Assembly: GCF_003704095.1 (NCBI RefSeq)
Contig: NW_020846908.1
Location: forward strand, 1-64,000
DNA length: 64,000 nucleotides
Source of the DNA: Pocillopora damicornis
Taxonomy: Eukaryota
Direction of reading: 5' to 3'
The notes under the pieces: model-generated
What the model was told of the DNA's origin: nothing
Database searches by the model: none
Seen by the model: the letters and a program-made list of their open reading frames with translations, nothing else
Part shown: positions 24,901-36,800 of the stretch, one piece after another
Numbering within the stretch: the first letter of the stretch is position 1
How the letters are laid out: each line of letters opens with the position of its first letter
Program-made: the position numbers and the translations under genes

Positions 24901-27595
24901 TGCTCCAATAACATTTGAGGAAATTGTAATGGTTAGGATTAATAGATAAATCAGATGAACTGATGATGGATGATGCTTGTAAAACAAAGTACCTCTTATA
25001 CAAGTCTTTCTAAGTTCTGGATCTAATCCTCCCTGTATTATTGCAAAAAGGTTTTGCTGTGTTGGCTTAGCATGGGCTGATATACATCTGTCCAACCATC
25101 GGATTGAGCGCAACATGGCCTCTTCAACTCTTGGACCTACAGAGGCAATGATTGGATTTTAGCCAAAGGATTGACTGAAACATTTCTATCAGATAGGATA
25201 AGATTTACTTTTTGGGATGGTAAGGGACTTTCCAAGTTCTACTCTTGTCAAAATCTGGGGTCACTAGTTCATTTTGGCATCAGGATAAATATTGTTCAAT
25301 CTGTATTTATTTGATCTGTCTTAATGATTCAATGGTAAAATGAACAGAATTTAGTTCATGGTTGAAATATAGGATCCTATAAGTTTTCTCTCATTTCTCT
25401 CCTTTTTGAAGATTTGAGTAAAGAAAAGATGTTTGTAAAAAGTTGACCTAACGAGTAATAACCCTACCATACCAACTAGCAGGCCAATCTATTTACCTTC
25501 CTGGTACAAACAACATCTCTTATTGATGCTATTGTTACTGGAATCATCTACAGGGGCTTCACAAAAATATTCGTAATTATGATTCAAAAGGTCTTATCCT
25601 CTAGTTGGCACTGGTTGCAGGATAACATTTACCACTGTGCATCAACTCCACTTCCATTTCATTCTTTTTCATACTCTCAGATACATTTTCATTAAAGATA
25701 GCTCAGTTATGAGCATATTAAGTATCTGCTACATTTGCCATTGAACAGTCAGGCTGAAAATGACAAATCTTTGAAAGAGATTGTAAGCAGATTGCCAAGG
25801 TTGCCATACTGATTCAGGTTACCTGTTGTAGTACTGCTGACCACATCATCCAGCTGCATTATGATATCAGCTCCTATGGAATTCTGGATCTCAGTTGACT
25901 TCTCAGGGGTAAGTAGCATTTCTTTACCATCATGGGGAGACTGGAACTTAACACCTTCCTTTGAAAAAGAAATAAAAGGAATCTCTGTGCGCACATATAA
26001 ATCTTTACGGGTAAAATCCATCTCTGTTTATGGGGGGTTCAAATTTTTCTCTTTATTTTAGGTATTTCAATCAGCTCAATTTGTTCCTTCTTCTACTTCA
26101 GATGCAGTCAGTACAAAATGAAGACTGCATACAAAATGCAGACTGGTTGCAAAGTACACACTGAGAATTTAAACTGTTTTTTTGTCTGATATGTAATAAT
26201 ATGTCATCTTACAACTTACCAAGTGTCGCACAATCCCTTTTCTGCGATCACCTTTCACAATCATTTGCACTATTATGGAATATTCCTTGCCTTTTTCCTT
26301 GTATATTTTGTTTTATAACAAAGTGGCTGTTGTTTACAGTTTTTCATTAAGCAGCCACAATTGTTTTTAATAGAATTTCAAGTCTTCATATAGTCTTTTC
26401 ACTTCACATGCAAGATGTCAGAATTGAATAATTAACAGGCGCAACTTTTGAGAAACAATTGAAAGTTTTGCACGCGTTCCATACTTGTCATCTTTTTGAC
26501 CAATATGTGTTCATCTTGATGACAAAAATGCAGACCAAGATCAAAACTGTTTCTTCAACTTGGTTTATTTTCAAAATTCAGGGGTGTACACACACTGATT
26601 GATGGGCCATTTGTTTATCTCTCATCTGTTTGGTGACTACACAAATTTATTAATATGTAAAAATCAGTGTATGTACCATGTTACAAAATTCGACTTGTAA
26701 TAGTGCAAATGATTGTGAAAGTCGTTCCTTGAAAAACAATTCTGTGACACTTGGTAAGTTGTGAGATGCCATTTCATCATGTATCAGACAGAAAAAACAG
26801 TTTAAATTCTCAGTCTGCATTTTTTACCTAGTCTGCATTTTGTACCTGGTCTACAGTCTGCAGTCTGCATTTTGTACTGACCAACTTCAGATGGTAAGTC
26901 CAAGAAAAATCGTTGGCTGGGAAGAAATTTCAATGACAATATTTAAATTTGACAAGGACAACACTTGTGCGAAAATGAGTAAGGGAGAAACAGAAGTAAA
27001 AAGGGGTGCAAGACCGGAGTGGCTTACCTCAGTAATTTCAGCTAATTTCAATAAAGATACCATCTGAAATCCACCACTGTCCTTTATGTTGGAAACAAGT
27101 AAATAATAATTTGTTAACCACTCGAAAAAATTACTGTTCTTTTCTCTCTAAAGCGTGTTTCGACTCAGGCAATATTAATATTTTGGCAGGCAACTTACCG
27201 TTAATAAGGCTCTCTTCCAATTCATAAATCCATGTAGTCCCCCGGCTTTTTCCAATATCTCTGTGCCCTGTGTGTTAAAATTTATCTCATGAACTGATTT
27301 TTAAGAGCTAGAACCGTATAATAATGCAATTAAAATGCTCCTGATCTCTTGTTCTCTCTACCGGTCTCATTCCAAGATGGTACGTGTTCCCAAGAATAAT
27401 CTGACAGTCCAGCTCTGTGAGTTGTTTAGAGGTCAAACCCTTCATTGTTCCCTGAGTTCCTACAGGCATAAATACTGGAGTTTCTACTTCATAATGTGGC
27501 AAAGTTAGAATAGCAGTTCGAGCCTTTGTTGTGGAGCATTCTGCTAAAACTTTGTAACTCAAGGCACATGTTTCAAGGCACTTCTCGTCCGCCAT
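21936..27595 (-). CDS. QTRT1: Queuine tRNA-ribosyltransferase catalytic subunit (~421 aa)
   Basis: Nine exons: 27595-27362, 27267-27199, 27081-27028, 25958-25823, 25136-24993, 23966-23828, 23692-23617, 22844-22650, 22154-21936 (1266 nt, in frame). Motifs: [70 protein letters not shown], and the Zn site CRCLAC...HN. Confidence 0.97.
24075..24395 (+). mobile_element. Old, diverged copy of the SINE at 30109
   Basis: Shares gtgttcttag(a/g)caagacact...cacagtgc...gtacaaatgggta and the later atgct...ccgg block with the 30109 copy. Confidence 0.7.
24445..24945. mobile_element. Interspersed repeat related to the element at 63590-64000 (opposite orientation)
   Basis: ttgcagacagaactagaagacacaaagtcctgttaccaatta (24565) aligns with the reverse complement of the window end, ttacagaccgaattggacgacgccaagtcttattaccaatta. 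Confidence 0.65.
26105..26883. mobile_element. Non-autonomous long-TIR (foldback / Mutator-like) DNA element with a 10-bp TSD
   Basis: Imperfect inverted repeats of ~170-190 bp (26105-26275 vs ~26697-26883), e.g. ctgagaatttaaactgttttt / aaaaacagtttaaattctcag and tttcacaatcatttgcactatta / taatagtgcaaatgattgtgaaa. Exact flanking direct repeat ACTTCAGATG at 26095-26104 and 26884-26893. Confidence 0.88.
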
Positions 27596-27923
27596 GTTGA
27601 TTTAGACCGCTGACTGGTAGTAATATAAAACACCGGTAGGGGAGGGGTAAGCTATGTTTGTTGGTTTTGGACCGAAGTGAAATAATTTGTTAACTGCAAT
27701 TGACTGATCTTCTTTTGATTGCATAGAATCGTCTTATAAATCATATGGTACTGCTTAAGTAAATTTCCAAACATATTGAAGCTTTCAAATGTAACTAAAA
27801 CGAACACATTCCCTATCCCTGCTTTCCCAGCCCTCCCCCGCCTCCTCTTAAAATTTATTTTTTAAAAATCATCTACGTCCCCAGTATTTATAATCAGCGG
27901 TTGAGAGTTTGAGAACAAACAAA
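27596..27923. promoter_or_regulatory. Bidirectional promoter region QTRT1 <-> GTF3C5
   Basis: Divergent ATGs are 328 bp apart. Both starts lie in YY1-like A(A/C)ATGGCGGA. GC-box-like ccctcccccgcctcc at ~27831. Confidence 0.7.
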
Positions 27924-30900
27924 ATGGCGGAAAGCGTAAGAATCTCAAAGAATCCTGCAACTGGAGATCTTTCTTCCTCAAACAATGGGCAGATCACAGT
28001 AAATCAAGTCAAATTCGTCGGAATAGAATATCCAGGTTTTATAAAAGATGAAAATCACATGCTTGAAACCCTAGGAGGTGAGGAAACAGTGTCAAGGACT
28101 TACTCAATTCCTACGCGACGATTAGAATTGTCATTTCGTCCTGAAGATCCTTACGCTCATTCATTGTGTGGTGATCGGTATGCTACTGCAAACTTACTAC
28201 TGAGAGTGAAACGGCGAAAGAAAAAGCAACAACGAGGAAACGGTGAGACGGAAGTAGTGAAATATGAACAGGAGATATTGGGGATAGTTGGAAATTCATT
28301 CAAGTAAGTGTATATCAACTTGATAATGTATGGTATACACTTTGCCAATATGGGAAAGCGGTGTTAGGAAAACGGAATCTTAGCTGAATTTAACTACCAA
28401 ATAATTTGGATATGGTGCTGTTAATCACTTATTGTTTTGTGAAGAAGAGATAGTTAATTCCCTACTGAATTCTTAATTACAAGGATTCCACCGTAGGTAA
28501 GTAAATGTACGTTTGACCAAGGTTAAAATTACCGGGTAAGGAAACACTGAAAGATTTCTGTATAACCCTGCCATACTATTCTAAAACAGACCTGTAGTCC
28601 CATAGGCTCTTGGGTCTTGTTTTTCTCCTAGGTATGGTGAAAATTATCTCTTGCATCATGAATTTTTAGTATTAGGCATGAAGACACTAGTTTCTATGCA
28701 AAAATACTCTATGTACTTGGTATTAATATTTATCAACCTTAAGATACTTTAGTTTCTCATTTGGTAAGACTTGGTGTGTTAGTGTTCCATGTTCCACTCC
28801 CTCCTTTCCCTTCTTCCTGCCCAGCCATTCCTGTAAAGGGTGATCTTTGTTGGCAATTCCATTGGCCTAGATAGAGAGAAGGGTGGATGCCTGCCATCAT
28901 AACTTTGTGCCAAAAGACAATACTTAAGTTTAATTATTCCTATAACCATATGGTAATTCCAATGACAGACTGTAAAAACTGATGAACCATTTTATAATAC
29001 CTTATATTTATCAGTGCTTTCAATAAGATTTGAAGTAGGTGGCTATCTCAGTAAAGCACCCACCAGAGAATAACATAAAGCAATTCAGGATAAAATGGCT
29101 TCAAATGGATTTTTCCATGTTAAACTTCAGAAAATTATCATTAAATTTAATCCCCTTAATTTGTAACACTTGCTTAACTGATCATTTTATTTCTCAGCAA
29201 AATCTTCCATTTGTTGACATGCAAAGCTGCTACTTGAGTTTCACAAAAGTCCTCAGAAAGGACATTTGGTTACTGGTTACGGAAATCTGAGTCAGTTTGT
29301 TCTTGGAAACTCAAAATCTTTTTTCTGGAAATGTGGTATATGATAAGCCATATCAATCATTTTTATCAAGACTTGCTTAAATTAAAGGGGAAAAAGATCT
29401 CAAGGTGTTTCATGTCTCTTCTTGTGAGTTTTTAAATCTGCCAAAAAGCCACAGAAAGATCCAGAATGTTTTTTGTTCTAAAAATTCAGCTTGAATGTGG
29501 CAATGTATACCTGCCAACTCACAACACAACACCTCCCTGAAACTCCTGCTGACTTGGGTCAGTCTTAAGGAAAACCACATGCTAATACTGCTTGGCAATC
29601 TAGCTGCTTTTAATGTGCAACTTTAAGTACTCTTTGGACTACAGATTAACTCAGCCTCAAAAAAGGTTTTGAACCACAGTATATTAGTAACATTTTAAAT
29701 TCTTAGGTTCAACAATTGATTGATAGGTATAATGTTATACTTGGGTTTGATGCTGAAAGTTAGTGGTATATAAGTTCCACAGAAACAAGCTCTTTTTATG
29801 TTACATCTGGTACCTGTTTATTTTTAGGTTTGAAGTTATGGCTGATTTTCAATACCTTGTTCCTGACTTGCCTGATGTCTTGAAACAAGTCACTGATGGA
29901 GCTGTATTAAATCAAGATGTCCCTTATCATTTACAACCTCCAGTGTTTACAAGGTTTGATCATCCAATAAACTACAACTACAATGCCGAGTCTGCACCAC
30001 GAGGCAATAAAACTGATCAAGGAAATGAAAAGGATGAAGAAAGGTAGAGGCAGAAATTTTGTGATCTTAACCTGAAAATATTTCAAGGGAAATACAAATA
30101 AACTTCATGGAGGCGCGGTGGTCTCATGGTTAGTACGCTTGACTCCAGATCGGGTGGTCTGGGTTCAAGCCCTGGCCGGGGTCATTGTGTTGTGTTCTTA
30201 GGCAAGACACTTTACTCTCACAGTGCTCCTCTTCACCCAGGTGTACAAATGGGTACCAGCAAATGTGCTGGGGGTAACCCTGCAATGGACTAGTATCCCA
30301 TCCACAGAGGAGTAGCAATACTCCTAGCTGCTTCATGCTAATGAAACCGGAGTTAAGTGCCGTGCCCATGGGCCACTAGGCCTGTATAAAGGCTTACCTA
30401 CGTACACAAATAAACTTGACTTTAAGAAACCCTTTCACCACAAAGATTGATAAGTGATCAGGAAACAACTTCTCCTCACATTACCAAAAAACTATAATGT
30501 GACAAGAATTAAGAAAAATATCAAGCAAGGGGGTATTATTTTACACAACAACAAATTCATTGAACTGGTTTTGTAGGAAATGAAGGGCAGGTAGTAGGGG
30601 GGAATTACTTTTGAGGCCTGGGGAGTAAAGATATTCAAAACAGATCTATAAAACTCCTTGTTTCCAGTAAATATTCTTGTCTTTGATTTCGTTTTGTTTG
30701 TTTGATTTTGTTTTGTGCTCTTGTCAATCATTACTAAAAGTAGCTAGCATTCTTTAAAATTGTTATTACCTGGTTTCCAGCTTGGTTGGAACAAGAGCAA
30801 GAAGTAGAAGACCGGTTTATGCAATTGCCATCAATTTTAATACCCCTGAAGTTCCCACTGCTGCAAATCCTAAAGCAGAAGAAATTGCAAATCGGCCAAA

Positions 30901-32806
30901 AGATGGTCTTGTGGATGTCACAAAGAAACTGTTTGCCAACAGGCCTATTTGGTCCCGCTCAGCATTACAATGCCACATAACAAGTGCATCACAAGAAAGA
31001 CTAAAACAACTGCTGGCCTGCACAGCTTATTATTGGCTTAATGGACCATGGAGGACTTTGTGGACGCGAATTGGATATGATCCACGGAAAGACCCCAGTG
31101 CCAAAATGTAAGTTAAATTTGCATAAACAATTCAGCTGAATAATTGTCTCTAGGTGATGCAGTAAATTATGCACACTCAGATATTTTCATGCAGAAATTT
31201 GAATATACTAGTATTTTATTTGTCATAGAAGAGTGAAAACGAAAAAGCAAAAAACTTAAAGAATATATATATAAGAACAAAAAATGTGATAAAAATTTAC
31301 TACGTCTTCCTTGTTTTTCTTTTTTCATTCAATGATGGGCAGTAGAGTTTGTTTATCATTATTGCACAACATTTCCAGTGTTGAGAGATTTCCACAAGAG
31401 GGCAATTCAAAATGGTGGTCTGCACGATATTCTGGGTTCAAATGGCAGATATCAGTTTCAGTCATTTTGAACTACCAGTAGTTGCTAACTTCCTGATAAT
31501 CTCATCAAATAACATTTCTCAAGAACAATTTCAACAAAAGTTTGTTTTAACAGTGAGGATAGAAATATGAATATGTTGAACTTCATAAGTAAGTTTGCAG
31601 ACTTATTGAAAATGTTATTAAAACTTTATTTTGTTTTCCATGTCTAAAATTTTTGCCTCTAACAGTTATCAGATGCTTGACTTCCGTGTTGGTAGCAGGA
31701 AAGGGGCTAAAAATCTTCCAATCAAAGCAAAGAGAAGTTTAAGCAAATATGTTCTTCCAAATTTGGTCAGAAGAACTAACAGCGTGCAGGGAACTTTGGC
31801 TAAAGAAGTTGTTATGGTGGACAGTGAGAAAAAAGCAGAGGAGAAGCAAAATCAAGAACCAGATTTACCATATGTCTTTACTCCTAACAAAATGCCGATA
31901 CAGAAACAGCTGTTTTATCAAGTATGTGACCTTCATGACCCAGAGATTCAAAGACTCCTCAGCAGAAATGATGGCCAGGTAAATTACTACAATAACTACT
32001 AATGCATTAATGGAAAACATATATACATTGTGATGTCTTTTTCTGCATTCTATTTACATATTTGGCATGTGTTCCTTACATGTATTAAACTTGGAAAGGA
32101 ATGCATGGTTCTTCAAGTAGATTTAGGACTGTAAACTAAGAACTGTGTTTGTTGATGATAGCACCCCACAGGTATCTGTAAGGTAGAAGTACAAGCCGTG
32201 TTGACACCTTAGTTATTTTTTCAGGTTTCACTTTCTCATACTAATTGTTTCATGGTAGTTACTTTGTAAGGAGCGAATCGTCACAAATTCTCCACTCGTT
32301 GAATATGGTGTACTTCACTAGTCATTTTTATCATTTGCAAACTAAGAATTTTCAAGGTTTTAGTCTGATTCTACTTTGTTCTTACCAGGTTCTTCAGCTG
32401 CAAAAATTCCTTTTAATTTCTATTTAGTTAAAATTGGCTACTGCAAAAGGTGCATATGTGTGTATTCTTCCGCGTGCGTGTTTTTAAGTGGTAACGTTTG
32501 TGAAAAGACGGGTTTTTTTTATTTGTCCTCTAGGAAGAGGAGTGTCACGAGCGTGATGGTTGGTGTTTACCAGGCACAAGTGATCAGATCAGATCCATTC
32601 TTTACCAACGGACTACTGAACTAGCTGAGAGACTTAAACAGGAACAGCTGGGGGACGGAACGGAGGCATCAGCTTCTCAATTAGAACTCATAGGAGAGGA
32701 GTGGGCAGGACACGAAGGCGTTCAAAACTACTTGCAAATGCTTGAACAGGACGATGATATTGAGGCGTACGATATTTTTGATGACTATGGTGAAGGAGAC
32801 GATTAA
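27924..32806 (+). CDS. GTF3C5: General transcription factor IIIC subunit 5 (TFIIIC63 / tau95, ~502 aa)
   Basis: Exons 27924-28303, 29828-30043, 30781-31107, 31666-31978 and 32534-32806 (1509 nt, in frame). Motifs: IEYPG..MLETLGG, LELSFRPEDPY, MADFQY, PPVFTRFD, LFANRPIWSR, AYYWLNGPWRTLWTRIGYDPR, YQMLDFR, YQVCDL, CHERDGWC, and an acidic C-terminal tail. Confidence 0.96.
30109..30405 (+). mobile_element. Full-length tRNA-derived SINE (CORE-like central domain) with TSD
   Basis: A-box tggtctcatggttag and B-box gggttcaagccc, central cttaggcaagacacttt...gtacaaatggg, and a ttacctac tail. Flanking direct repeat ACAAATAAACTT at 30094-30105 and 30406-30417. Confidence 0.88.
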
Positions 32807-32878
32807 ATGAGATGCGTGACCGTTTATCATCTAGAGCAATCGGAGTTCACTATAATCAATCGGTGTCATTCTTCTCTA

Positions 32879-32916
32879 TCCTTGGCCCATCCTTGGCCCA
32901 TCCTTGGCCAATCCTT
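32879..32916. repeat. 11-bp tandem repeat x3 (tccttggccca) in the GTF3C5 3' region
   Basis: cttggcccatc cttggcccatc cttggccaatc ctt. Confidence 0.8.
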
Positions 32917-33065
32917 AAAACTTTTTAGTTTACCTTCCTTTTCGGTGTTTTTGTGTAAAACTACTAATGTAAGGTTTCATTCTGATTAAGAACAATACTC
33001 AGCGCCAGAGGCAACAACCCAAAAATTTGTGTTGTATCTTTCTTTGTGTTCGATTTTTAAAACCT

Positions 33066-33834
33066 AACCTGTGCCAGGCATTCAGTTAGCAAAACGGAAC
33101 ACGATGCTAAACGGCGCAAAAGTAACGGAAGGGCGAAAAACGAGAGAGGGTTGAGTCGAGTCGAGTCGAGAAAATAACGCGTTTTTTACTGTCGCGCTGG
33201 TTACTATCGTACCTTGTTTTATTAAGGACCTGTTTACATGGAGGTGGGGGACGCCTGCCCATATAATCTCTCATTTTATCCTGAGCATGTTAACGTGATA
33301 GGTGGGGTGACCCACCTAGGCGGGTTGCCCGGTCTGATGGGTAGGGTAACCCTGTCAGCCGGGGAGGCGTTCGTGTTACACTAACATCAAATGAGAAAAA
33401 AAATAACAAAATACGAGTGTGTTAAATTTTTCGTACATTTTCTAGCCGTCCCATGCAAAGCTTAAACGTTAAAACACCAATTTTTACGTCCTGTTAGCAC
33501 TGAAACCTCGACAGCGATTGAGTCACGTTTTTACATTGAACTCAACTATACACTCACATGTACCGAAATGAAGACGTTGTACCGTCTAAAACGGTTAACG
33601 CATCGAGCTATTGGCGAAAATCTTCTAGAAAAAATTACGTCTTTTCGGCAACGTTTTACCACACGTCGCCGTAATGACATCGTCAACTCCTTAACTTCAC
33701 CGCGGCATCCTGAGGTTGTAGGATTGTATGTAAACGCGGGCTATTTTTCGACCACGGCCAGGAGGGTTACCTTACCTACCTGGGGTCCCTCACATCCATG
33801 CAGACAGACCCTAACTGAGCGCATGGAACAGGTT
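33066..33834. mobile_element. Nested MITE cluster: outer element 33066-33834, Harbinger-like element ~33225-33811, third insert ~33365-33694
   Basis: Outer TIRs aacctgtgccaggcattcagttag / ctaactgagcgcatggaacaggtt match at 20/24. The middle element's termini (ggacctgtttacatgga / tccatgcagacagaccc) match the family at 61448. An internal segment absent from the 61448 copy ends in aactccttaa. Confidence 0.72.
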
Positions 33835-36800
33835 CATGTCCCTCCCCCTTCCCCTCATCCACATTTATTTCTTTTTTCACTTCTTCGAACTCTCACGACT
33901 ATGTTGACTGGTTGAATAACTTATTTCCGTGTAAAACAACTGGGTAGTTAAAGAAAATCTTTCGATACGTAAAAGAAGTATAACGCTTCTGATTTTTACT
34001 CGTGGGAAACCACACTGGACAAGTTCTGGCATGGTTGTGTAATTCTGATTTGGTATGGAATACTCTAAAACAGGATCAAAAGTTACATCTGTTTTTCTTA
34101 TTGATAATGAAATAATTTTGTTATCTTTTAAAACCGCGAATTAAAGCCTGAGTGTATCTTTGAGAAACGTGGATTGCATTTTTTCGCAGTGACGAAAGTC
34201 AAGACTTCATTTTGTTGAGCGAACATCATTTGCATTTTGTTTGAATGAGCAATGTGATGTACTCAGAATTCTTTTGTCATTATAATATTTCATGAAATTG
34301 AACAGTACCGCAGATTAGAAGCTACAGCAAATCTTCCATTTTAATAACTGACTAGAGACGGCTGTCCCTTTTTTAGAATTTTATTTATTTTCACAATTGA
34401 TTTCGATAAAACAAAAATAATTGTAGACATCTTAAAAATGATGTTAAGTAGCACTATGTCTTCTTTTTTCATTCATGTCGGGGAAATGCGATCTCTGATT
34501 TTTTTTTTTAAGTTAAGTATGATAACCCCTTAATATTCGAGGGCAGATGAATTTGAATACAATGGTTTAAATAATCTTGGAATAAATGTGAAGAAACTTG
34601 ACACTCTTCACTCAACTTGAGCTTTCATTTACGGAAAAAACTTTCTTCTGTCGTCCTGGACTGATTTTGACACTGAAGCTTCCATCTCACATCATTAAGG
34701 CGGTTATTTTGTGAATAGGAAGCTTAATATCCGTATACAGAGCAATTCTGGCAGCTCAGATCCTATAGGGCTTATTGAAAAATTATTACGTTCACCGTCA
34801 AACCAGCGCAATAAATTGTTTATCGTGTTCATCCATCCGGCCTGCGATTGAAACAAGCTCGTGTGTGAATTGAAAAACTTCAATACATCATGTCCCCTGC
34901 AGGAGAGCCGTCGTGTTTGGGAAACATTTCGTTTTGAGCTTTTCTTTGCACAGTTGCATATTCCTTAGACGTGGTGGGTGAGTACATACACTCTTTATTT
35001 CCTTATTACTGTCTGTCTGTAAAGGGGTTCAAATAATCCCTCCAAAGAACGATAATCAAGAAAAGGTGTTCGCGAATCATGGTTCTCTTGTGTTTTTGGG
35101 AAGGATCTTTTATCACGCTTATTTTCCGGTCGGTTTTGTTGCCAGTTTTCCTTTCAAAAAGTGTCAATAACTAAAATCTTAAGGCTTTGATACCTTGCAA
35201 ATCTACCCAAAATAGATTTCATCTCACTGCACCGAAACGCAGAATTTTTAAGGAACGATGAAATTTTTATTAAAGATTAAAACCAATTGATGGAAACTGC
35301 CCGGATGGATCTATTTGTAAAGCATGGTTTTAATTTTAGGACTGTACTGGAGAAAATAATATCTCGAGAGTTTTATTATGAGGTGCGTAAGTCGTATATG
35401 TAACGTCCTGTTTTGGTTTTTCGCACCAGTAGAATTAAAATCTTTGTTGAATGCGTCAAACTTGAGAATGATAATGGTAATCCGTGAGGAATCACTCGTA
35501 GTTTCCGCGAAATATAAGGTGAGAGAATGAAAGACAAAGGTTGGTAGCGATGTTTTACATTTCGTTCATTTTCGGCTAGTTTAAATCATCAGGTTTTGAA
35601 CTAATTTTCATGGAGTATCTCGCGGAGAATGGTCCCTTGTTCGTCATTGACAATTTGTTTATTATGTCCGAATCAGTTCACCTGGCGGATCTGAATTTTA
35701 ATCACAGTTGAAAATCAACAGTTCACAACTCTTTTATGATGCACTGCTTGTCAGAAACACAAAATAAGTTTTGTTTGCTCCCTGCTGTGGTTATGCCAAA
35801 CAAAAAAATGAGTAGTCGTTCTGTAATAGTAATGGAAAAAACGAAATACGTGACTGAGAAATTGCCAAATATCACCATCATTGGAAATGATATATATTTT
35901 GTCATTTAAAAATAATTAGGTCGCCTAAACCTAGCCGCCCCTGTAGCGGTCGACGCGAAATCTTTGTTAATTTATAAGTATATGACTCGAAGGTAGTGTG
36001 TATATTTGAAAGATGGATGTTAAAAAAAATCAATTGTAATTCACAGCCGGAAAAGTAAAGGACGCGCGTAACATGATCTCTTTTGAAAATTGAAGACGAA
36101 GAATGGCTTTTATACGAACTAATATTTGATTCCAAGTTAAAAGCCAAGCGTTATTACGGAAGTTCTATTCATTGCGAAGATTTTCAGGACTACTCAAAGA
36201 TAATGCGTATAGTTGAGTACAAAGGTAAATTAGTTATGTTAAAACAAAGACAAACATATTTCATCATTTTTCCCCTAAACTAACTGACACAAACATTTTT
36301 TTCACAGCCATTTAGATTTTAGTTTTGAACACAATGGTGAAAATAAGTTCATGTAAGATGTAGTTTGTGATACAAGGACACAACGTTTGCTATCTTTTAT
36401 TTTGAAATAATGCAGGTTTTTGTAATTTTTTTCTCGCTCCAAATGAAAATAATTTAAAACTGACTTTCTCGCTTCACATTGAAACGCCATGCAAATATCA
36501 GTTGAATCTCGTTGTGTAATGTCCCCCCTTACGTCTCTGAGAAGCGTTCAAATCGTTTTTAACAGCAACAACTGCATGCCATGTTCAATATAATTTTCCG
36601 TGCTAACTTTGAAAATATGAACTGAAAGCCTCGAGAAGTCAAACTTTCCGTTTTCTGTTACCAAGGCTACAAAACAGTGTTACCGGTATAGTGCGGGGAT
36701 GTTCGGCATAGACCTTACAACACTCTCCACTGGCCTTAGCACCCCCGCGGGGAGGATGGGGGCACATCCCTACCAAGAATTCTGAGGATTACCTACACCT

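Noticed and set aside
33568-33915. 115-aa ORF
   Set aside because: Lies within nested MITE sequence and shows no protein features.
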